Origin: Myxococcota bacterium
GTDB lineage: Bacteria; Myxococcota_A; UBA796; UBA2385
Direction: 5' to 3'
Length of the DNA: 55,786 nucleotides
Assembly: GCA_044344255.1 (NCBI GenBank)
Contig: JBIJDH010000036.1
Coordinates: 1-55,786, forward strand
How positions within the stretch are numbered: the stretch's first letter is position 1; each line of letters opens with the position of its first letter. Below, piece after piece: positions 49,286-55,786 of this stretch. The notes under the pieces were generated by a model that was given only the letters and a program-made list of their open reading frames with translations, made no database searches and had not been told where the DNA came from. The position numbers and the translations under genes were made by a program.

Positions 49286-50998
49286 GTGGCGCCCGCGGTC
49301 CTCCTCGTCTACGCGAACCCGGCCGTCACCGGGCGCCCGGTGCCCCCCTACGGGATGGAGCAGGTCGCCACGGCGATGCGGGCCGCCGGCTGCGAGGTCC
49401 GCTGCCTCTGCCCCTTCATCGAGGCCGACCCGCTGGCCGCTCTCCGCGCCGCCCTCGCTCGGGAGCCCGAGCTCGTCGGCTTCTCGGTGCGCAACATCGA
49501 CGACGCCCTCGTGGTCCGCACCGAGCTCGGCCCGGGCGACATCGACCTCGGCTTCTACCTCGACGACGTGCGCCCCCTCGTCGCCCTGGCCCTCGCGCGG
49601 GTGGGCCCCCGGCGTGTCTTGCTCGGCGGGGCCGCCCTCTCCTCGGGCTGCCTCCCCGTGCTCCGCTACCTCGGCGCGCGCCTCGCCATCCGCGGCGCCG
49701 CCGAGGACCTCGTCTTCGCCCTCGGGCAGCAGATGGCCGGCGGCGGCGAGCCCCACCTCCCCGACGATCCGCGGGTGGTCGACCTCGACCGCCTCGAAGA
49801 GCAGGACCGGCTCTCCGGCCTCGCGCCCCACGCCTCGCCGCCCGCCCCGCGCGGGATGGGGATGGAGCCCGCCGCCGCGCCCCGCCTGACTGAGCGGCTC
49901 CCCGCCTTCCAGGCCCTGGTGGCTGACCGCGACGGCCGCGTGCCCGTGCAGATCTCCACCGGCTGCGACCGCCGCTGCCTCTTCTGCGTCGAGGCGCGCT
50001 TCTCCGGCGGGCGGGTGGCGCTCCGCCCCGTCGACGACGTGGTGGCCGAGATCGACCACCTCCAGCGGCTCGGCATCCGCCGCTTCTGGCTGGGCGCGAG
50101 CGAGCTCAACGTGCCCGACGAGCGGCACGCGATCCGCCTCCTCCACGCCCTCCGCGGGCGCGCCCTCGACCTGCGGGTCTTCATCCAGCCCGCCCCCGTG
50201 AGCGACGCCCTGCTCGACGCCCTCGAGGGGGTCGACATCCAGGCCGTCGACCTCAGCTTCGAGCTCGGCCACCTCGACCCCACCCTGCTCCGCGCCGGGG
50301 CCGGCCCGTGCAACCTCGCCCAGATCGAGGCCCTCGCCGAGCGGTACGCCCGCCGGGGCCACCGCCAGCTCCACGGCTCGGTGCTCTTCGGCGCTCACCC
50401 CGAGGAGTCCCTCGAGAGCCTGGAGCGCGCCTTCGAGATCGCCCGCCGGCTCGACACGATCCTCCCCGACGGCCTCGGGCTCTCTTACGCCGCCGGCGCG
50501 CGGGTCTACCCCGAGACGGGCCTCGCCGACTACATCTCCGCCCACTGGGAGGCCTGCCTCCCCTCGCTCTACACCCTCCCCGGCGAGGCCCCCGACCCGA
50601 GCTTCGTGCGCCCCGTCGTCTTCTCGCGGCCGCTGTCGCCGCGCCGCCTGCTCGGGCGGGTCCGCGCCGGCCTCTCGACGCTGCGGGGCCCGGTGGGCAC
50701 GATGAACAGCGAGGCCCCGAGCACCGCCCGCGCCGTCGAGGCCGAGCGCCTGATCGACCGCGCGCTCTTCCGGCGGGCCGGCGGCAACCACCGCGAGGCG
50801 GCGCGGCTGCTGCAGGCGGCGGTGGCCTCCGACCCCGAGAACATCGAGGCCCTCTTCCTCCTCGCCGACCACCGCCACAACCACCTGGGAGACCGGGTGG
50901 GGGCCCGCCTCGCCCTCGTGCGGGCGGCGGCGGTGCTGCACCCGGGCGATCCCCGCCAGGAGGAGGTGCGCGTCGCCTTACGGGTGCTCGACCGCTGA
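49286..50998 (+). CDS. Cobalamin-binding (class B-type) radical SAM protein with C-terminal TPR
   Basis: PVPPYG, PELVGFSVRNIDD, GCDRRCLFCVE, SELN and RVYPETGL; TPR-like tail (AVASDPENIEALFLLA). Confidence 0.88.
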   Translation: MAPAVLLVYANPAVTGRPVPPYGMEQVATAMRAAGCEVRCLCPFIEADPLAALRAALAREPELVGFSVRNIDDALVVRTELGPGDIDLGFYLDDVRPLVALALARVGPRRVLLGGAALSSGCLPVLRYLGARLAIRGAAEDLVFALGQQMAGGGEPHLPDDPRVVDLDRLEEQDRLSGLAPHASPPAPRGMGMEPAAAPRLTERLPAFQALVADRDGRVPVQISTGCDRRCLFCVEARFSGGRVALRPVDDVVAEIDHLQRLGIRRFWLGASELNVPDERHAIRLLHALRGRALDLRVFIQPAPVSDALLDALEGVDIQAVDLSFELGHLDPTLLRAGAGPCNLAQIEALAERYARRGHRQLHGSVLFGAHPEESLESLERAFEIARRLDTILPDGLGLSYAAGARVYPETGLADYISAHWEACLPSLYTLPGEAPDPSFVRPVVFSRPLSPRRLLGRVRAGLSTLRGPVGTMNSEAPSTARAVEAERLIDRALFRRAGGNHREAARLLQAAVASDPENIEALFLLADHRHNHLGDRVGARLALVRAAAVLHPGDPRQEEVRVALRVLDR

Positions 50999-52273
50999 GG
51001 GTCGCCTGCGGGCCGCGGCGAGGCCCAGCCCCAGGGCGAGGCTGAGGAGGCCGAGCGCCCGCCCACCGGCGCCGGTCGGAGCGGCGGCGCATCCCCCGCA
51101 GCCCTCGCTGGCGGTGTCGGGCAGGGGGACGAGCCCGCCCGGCGGCCGACCCTCCGTGGGGCGGGGGCCGAAGCCGCCGGTGGCCGCGGTGTCCTGGCCG
51201 GAGTCGGGGATCGCGGAGTCGGGGGCGCCGTCTCCGCCGCCGTCATCACCGCCGTCGGTGGTCGAGCCGCCGACGCAGGAGGCGCTCAAGTTGAAGCCGC
51301 TCACCGCCCCGTCCCAGCCGTCGACGACCACGGTGTAGGTGGCGCCGGCCGCGGCGTCGAAGGTGATCCACTCCTCGGAGGCGTCCGAGTTGGTCGAGCA
51401 GGTGATGGCCCCGCTGCCGTCGCAGGTGTCGGCGGACTGGAGGAAGAGGTCGAGGTCGCCGCCGAGGCCGGTGAGGCCGAGGGTGACCGGCTCGGACAGG
51501 GTGGTGGAGAAGGCGTAGGCGATCTCGGGCCCGCTCGAGGCGCTGGTGCCACAGCCATAGACGCTGTGGCTGCTGGTGGCGCCGCCGGCGTTGTTCGCCG
51601 AGGCGAGGGTCTCTCCGCAAGAGAGGGTGTCCACCTGCACACAAGGGCCGGTGTAGGGGCAGGAGACGCCGGGCAGGCCGCCATAGTCGCCCTGAGAGAT
51701 CCAATAGGTGGGGGGCGCGCTGCAGGGGCCGTCGAAGGGGTCGCCCATCCCGCCGCTCGCCTCTCGCACCTCGAAGTGGAGGTGGGGGCCCGTGCTGTTG
51801 CCCGAGGAGCCGGCGTAGCCGAGGTGGGTGCCGCAGGTCACGACCTGGCCGGCGCCCACCGCCACCGTCCACTGCTTGAGGTGCCAGTACCAGGTGCGGC
51901 GGCCGTCGGCGTGCTCGAGGATGACGTAGTTCGCCTCGCCGCAGTCGGCGGTCTCGCAGCGATCGAACTCCCCGTCGTTCGTGGCGATGACGACACCGTC
52001 GGCGGCGGCCACCACCGCCCGTCCCTCGTCCATCCCCGACCAGGAGCCGATGCCGAAGTCACTCCCCTGGTGGCCTCCGTAATAGATCGAGCCGCAATTC
52101 CAGTCGGAGCCGCCCTCGTCCACGTAGGCCGTGGGATAAAAATAACCGTAGTGGGCGTCGCTGGCCGGAAATCGATATGACTGAGCCAAGGCCGCCGCCG
52201 GCGCGGCGCCGAGCAGCAGGGACAGGACGCAGGAGACAGCGCCGGAGAGGGCGCGAGAGGGGCGGCGTGTCAT
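50978..52273 (-). CDS. M23 metallopeptidase with PPC domain and MYXO-CTERM-like tail
   Basis: HQGSD, VVAAADG, YWHL and GNSTGPHLHFEVR; tail GCGGCAAAP...LGLLSLALGLGLAAARRR. Confidence 0.9.
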   Translation of the reverse strand: MTRRPSRALSGAVSCVLSLLLGAAPAAALAQSYRFPASDAHYGYFYPTAYVDEGGSDWNCGSIYYGGHQGSDFGIGSWSGMDEGRAVVAAADGVVIATNDGEFDRCETADCGEANYVILEHADGRRTWYWHLKQWTVAVGAGQVVTCGTHLGYAGSSGNSTGPHLHFEVREASGGMGDPFDGPCSAPPTYWISQGDYGGLPGVSCPYTGPCVQVDTLSCGETLASANNAGGATSSHSVYGCGTSASSGPEIAYAFSTTLSEPVTLGLTGLGGDLDLFLQSADTCDGSGAITCSTNSDASEEWITFDAAAGATYTVVVDGWDGAVSGFNLSASCVGGSTTDGGDDGGGDGAPDSAIPDSGQDTAATGGFGPRPTEGRPPGGLVPLPDTASEGCGGCAAAPTGAGGRALGLLSLALGLGLAAARRRPSAVEHP

Positions 52274-52911
52274 CCTGGCTCCCCCCAGCGGACCGACTGG
52301 GGGCCTGTCGGGCTGTCCCAGCGCAGCCAGGCCCCGTCAAAGCGGAGGGAGCGGCCGAGCGGCGGGGGGACGAAGCCCAGCGGCGCCTGCCCGACGACCC
52401 GCTGCAGGCCGACGTTGGTGAGGGGGCGCGGCGGGGCGGCGCCGTCTACCCGGGCGACCGTGACTTGGGGCAGGCCCTCGGGGGAGGCAACGTAAGCGAC
52501 CACGGCGCCGGAGAGCGCGAGCCGGCCGGGGCGCCCGCCCAAGACCACGGTGGTGGCACGAAAGGCGGCGTCCCAGCAGCGGAGGCGGCCGAGGCCGTCC
52601 TCACCCTCGTCGGCGGCGCAGAGGTGGGCGCCGTCGGCCACGGGATCGAAGCGCAGGCCGAGGACGAGCGCGGCGCCGGACGCCCGGAGCAGGCGGCTCC
52701 CCTCGAGGCGGAGGGCCTCGGCCCCGAGGCGGAGCGTGCCCGCGCCGACGTAGGCGACGTCGGTCTCGGCGCCGGCTGGAGCGGTCGACCGGCCAGCCGC
52801 CGCGCGGAGCTCACCCGCCGAGGCCGCGCCCGCACAGACGAGCCCGAGGTGGAGCCCGAGGGCGAGGCCCGAGGCCCAGGAGGGGCGCCGCCGGAGGGAC
52901 ATGGTCTTCAT
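52270..52911 (-). CDS. Hypothetical exported protein (propeller-like fragments)
   Basis: Signal peptide; ATGA overlaps on both sides. Confidence 0.6.
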   Translation of the reverse strand: MKTMSLRRRPSWASGLALGLHLGLVCAGAASAGELRAAAGRSTAPAGAETDVAYVGAGTLRLGAEALRLEGSRLLRASGAALVLGLRFDPVADGAHLCAADEGEDGLGRLRCWDAAFRATTVVLGGRPGRLALSGAVVAYVASPEGLPQVTVARVDGAAPPRPLTNVGLQRVVGQAPLGFVPPPLGRSLRFDGAWLRWDSPTGPQSVRWGEPG

Positions 52912-54071
52912 CCGGGGCTGAGGCCGAGGCCAAAGGCGGCCCAGGGGTAGGCGCGGTCGAGGTCGGACTGGAGCCCGCCGTCGAGAGAGAGGCCGAGGTG
53001 ACGGCGACCGCCGCCGAGCGGGAGGACCGCGACGGAGAGCCCCGCCGCCCCGCCGCCGAGCACCACGCGGGCCTCGAGGGGGGCCGCGCCGAGGGCGGCT
53101 TCGTCACAGAGGAGGCCGTCCTCCGCGGCGCAGGGCACGGAGCCACCGCTGGCGGACGCCCTGCCGATGGCCACGGTCGGGCCGAGCGAGAGGCGCAGGG
53201 GCCCCGCCCACACGGCCACCCCGCCCCAGCCCTGGCCGAGCTGGAGCCGGGCGGGCTCATCGCCGCCCGCGCCACCCCCACCGAAGACGCCGATCCACGC
53301 GGCCTCGCCGAAGATGCCGACCGTGCGGGTGAGCCCGAGGTCGAACCCGCCGCCCGCCCGCAGACCGCCGCCGCCGAAGGAGGCCGGCTGAGGCCCGGCC
53401 CCGTCCGACTCCCCGGCCCTCCCCGCGAGGCCCGAGACCGTGAGGCGAAGCCCCCGGTGCGGATCCTCCTTCGGCTTGGTCTGCGCGACCACCGGAGCCT
53501 CGGCGGCGAGCGTCACCCGCGCGGCCCCACCCGCGGTGACGGTGAAGGCGCGGTCGCCGAAGGCGTAGGTGCCGATCGGCAGAAAGCCCACGAAGCGGCG
53601 GTCCTTCGAGAGGCTCGCCCGGGCGAGGTCAATGGCGGCGCGCTGGTCGGGGGCCAGGGGCACCTCGGCGGGCTCAAGGTTGTTTCGGGTCGCCTCGCCC
53701 ACGTCGAGCTCGACCGTGCCGAAGTTCGCGGCGATGTCGGCGAGCCAGATCGCGACCTCATCGGTCTTCTGGACCCCCGCCGCGCGCAGCAGCCGCGCCT
53801 TGACGAGCGCGATGTCCCCGGCGTCGCGGGCCGCCTGGGCGCCGAGCAGGTGGTCTGCGTAGGTGAGCGCCACCCCCTTGGCCTCGAGCGCCTCCATCTG
53901 GCGGTAGCTCACCTCCACGCCGCGCCAGGCGTTGCGGGAGGCGAGGCGCTGCATGTCCTCGACGAGGCGCTGGTGCTCGGCGTCTCCGGCCGAAGGAGCG
54001 GCATAGGCGGCCGGAGCGGTGAGCGCGAGCGCCAAGGCAAAGGCCGAGATCAGGCAGAACCGCGGGTGCAT
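52908..54071 (-). CDS. Exported protein with helical N-terminus and probable outer-membrane beta-barrel
   Basis: GGAGGAG SD, signal peptide, alternating Gly/hydrophobic strands at the C-terminus. Confidence 0.65.
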   Translation of the reverse strand: MHPRFCLISAFALALALTAPAAYAAPSAGDAEHQRLVEDMQRLASRNAWRGVEVSYRQMEALEAKGVALTYADHLLGAQAARDAGDIALVKARLLRAAGVQKTDEVAIWLADIAANFGTVELDVGEATRNNLEPAEVPLAPDQRAAIDLARASLSKDRRFVGFLPIGTYAFGDRAFTVTAGGAARVTLAAEAPVVAQTKPKEDPHRGLRLTVSGLAGRAGESDGAGPQPASFGGGGLRAGGGFDLGLTRTVGIFGEAAWIGVFGGGGAGGDEPARLQLGQGWGGVAVWAGPLRLSLGPTVAIGRASASGGSVPCAAEDGLLCDEAALGAAPLEARVVLGGGAAGLSVAVLPLGGGRRHLGLSLDGGLQSDLDRAYPWAAFGLGLSPG

Positions 54072-54164
54072 CGCTCCTCCAGGCTGCCCCCCTGTTAACC
54101 GAAGCCCTCAACCCGAGGCGAGCGGCGGACGTCAGCGGACGCTCGTCGCCCAATTGGAGAGCCC

Positions 54165-55541
54165 ATGTCGCGCTGCACCCCTTCGCTCTGGCCCGCGGTC
54201 CTCCTCGTCACGGCCTGCGGCGCCCCCAGCGGCGAGGGCGGCCCGCAGAGCAGCCCGGTCGAACCGAGCGGCCCCACTTGGTATGGCGATGTCCAGCCCA
54301 TCGTCGCCGCGCGCTGTGAAGGGTGCCACACCGAGGGGGGCATCAGCTTCTCACTGCACGACTACGACGCTGCCAAGGCCATCTCGAGCGCCTTGGCCGC
54401 GGCCACCGGGGAGCGGCGCATGCCCCCCTGGTCGGCCCAGGAGACGGAGGACTGCCAGCCCCGCCTGCCCTGGAAGGACGACCAGCGCCTCACCGACGAG
54501 CAGATCGCCACCATTGAGGCCTGGTCCAAGGCCGGGGCCCCCGAGGGTGAGCGGCCGACCGACGGCGAGGGCGCGCCCGCCGCGGCCTTGGAGAGCCTGG
54601 ACGCGCCGAGCGTGACCTTGACGCCGGAGGCCCCCTACTCCACCTCCGGCGACGCCGACGAGTTCCTCTGCTTCAGCATGGACCTCGGTCTGGACGCCCC
54701 CCGCTATGTCGACGGCGTCGAGATCGTGCCCGGCAACCGCTCTGTCGTCCACCACGCCCTCGTCTTTATCGACTACGACGGCAAGAGCGCCGACCTCGCC
54801 GATGAGGACGGCAAGTACGACTGCTTCGGCGGGGCCGGCGTGAACAACGTCGGCCTGCTGGCCGCCTGGGCGCCGGGCTCAGTCCCCCTGCGCACCCCCG
54901 AGGGGTCTGGCACCGAGCTCCCGGCGGGCGCTCGGCTGATCATGCAGGTCCACTACCACCCGCGCGGGCAGGTGGCCGATCCCGACCTCACGGAGGTCCG
55001 CCTCTCCTGGTCCGAGGAGAAGCCTGCGCTCACGAGCATGCTCTTCCTGATCGGAAACTCCGACTCCGTGCGCAACGGCCTCCTCCCGGACGCCGAAGAC
55101 CCCACCGACAAGGAGTTCCGCATCCCCGCAGGTGAGGCCAATCACGTCGAGGAGATGGTCTACACGCTCCCCCGCGGCACCGGGAACGTCAAAGTCTGGC
55201 TGGCCGGCACCCACATGCACTACATCGGCAAGGACATGTACTTCGGCGTCGAGCGCGCGAACCCCGATGAGGGTGAGCCCACCGACGAGTGCCTCATCCA
55301 GACCCCCGACTGGGACTTCAACTGGCAGCGCGGCTACGTCTATGACGGCACCCTCGACGAGCTGCCCGAGCTGAACGCCACCGACACCCTCGTCATGCGC
55401 TGCACCTACGACAACACGCTCGACCACCCGGGCACCGTGGCCGCCCTGGAGGACGGCGGGCTCTCGAGCCCCATCGACGTCTACCTCGGAGAGGAGACCC
55501 TCGACGAGATGTGCCTCGGGGTCGCCGGGGTCGTGTACTGA
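54165..55541 (+). CDS. Lipoprotein: c-type heme domain + copper type II ascorbate-dependent monooxygenase-like domains
   Basis: VTAC lipobox, CEGCH, MPPW, VVHH, HYH, HMH and EMC. Confidence 0.88.
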   Translation: MSRCTPSLWPAVLLVTACGAPSGEGGPQSSPVEPSGPTWYGDVQPIVAARCEGCHTEGGISFSLHDYDAAKAISSALAAATGERRMPPWSAQETEDCQPRLPWKDDQRLTDEQIATIEAWSKAGAPEGERPTDGEGAPAAALESLDAPSVTLTPEAPYSTSGDADEFLCFSMDLGLDAPRYVDGVEIVPGNRSVVHHALVFIDYDGKSADLADEDGKYDCFGGAGVNNVGLLAAWAPGSVPLRTPEGSGTELPAGARLIMQVHYHPRGQVADPDLTEVRLSWSEEKPALTSMLFLIGNSDSVRNGLLPDAEDPTDKEFRIPAGEANHVEEMVYTLPRGTGNVKVWLAGTHMHYIGKDMYFGVERANPDEGEPTDECLIQTPDWDFNWQRGYVYDGTLDELPELNATDTLVMRCTYDNTLDHPGTVAALEDGGLSSPIDVYLGEETLDEMCLGVAGVVY

Positions 55542-55716
55542 CCGAAGGGCGCGCACCGTCGTCGGGGACAGGCACGCCACCCCGGCGGCAACGACCCAGA
55601 GCAGGAGCCCCCCTGAACGCCCCCGATTGTCGTCTTGGGGTTGGCGAGCGTCCACCGTCTTAGGCCGAAGTTGCGCTCACCAATCCATCGAGAAGGGCCT
55701 CCAGGTCGAGCTCTGC

Positions 55717-55786
55717 TCGATTGTCAAGAATTCACGTGTAGCCAGTAAACCTGGTTGCAGGTCGTGCGCTGGTGGGCTACGAGAGG
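55717..55786 (+). mobile_element. Possible IS terminal inverted repeat (IS256-like) at the window end
   Basis: TGTCAAGAATTCACGTGTA resembles IS256-type ends and the local GC drops. No transposase is visible. Confidence 0.25.

Overview
A very GC-rich 55.8 kb segment with about 45 genes. It is most consistent with a Myxococcota-type genome, judging from a MYXO-CTERM-like tail, many Cys-anchored lipoproteins with Gly-X-Asp linkers, and MopE-like/FG-GAP, choice-of-anchor-D and PPC surface proteins. It begins inside the left end of an IS3-family element that appears to have truncated a gene, and it may end at another IS terminus. Clear housekeeping genes are nadB, ppdK and a cyclophilin. The best candidate for an undescribed system is a compact four-gene operon at 1521-6094: a HisC-like PLP aminotransferase, a ScyA/CybE-like ThDP acyloin synthase and two degenerate citrate-synthase-fold proteins. 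This looks like a small biosynthetic cluster lacking the known scytonemin and furanolide partner enzymes. Other notable items: an MTH1-like Nudix hydrolase fused in frame to a ProX tRNA-editing domain; two unrelated radical SAM enzymes, each beside an N-formylglutamate-amidohydrolase-fold gene; a Cys-less redoxin; a DUF4157-type protein apparently missing its core; and probable CTG starts. All family calls come from motif recognition by eye and no searches were run. No rRNA, tRNA or CRISPR array was recognised.
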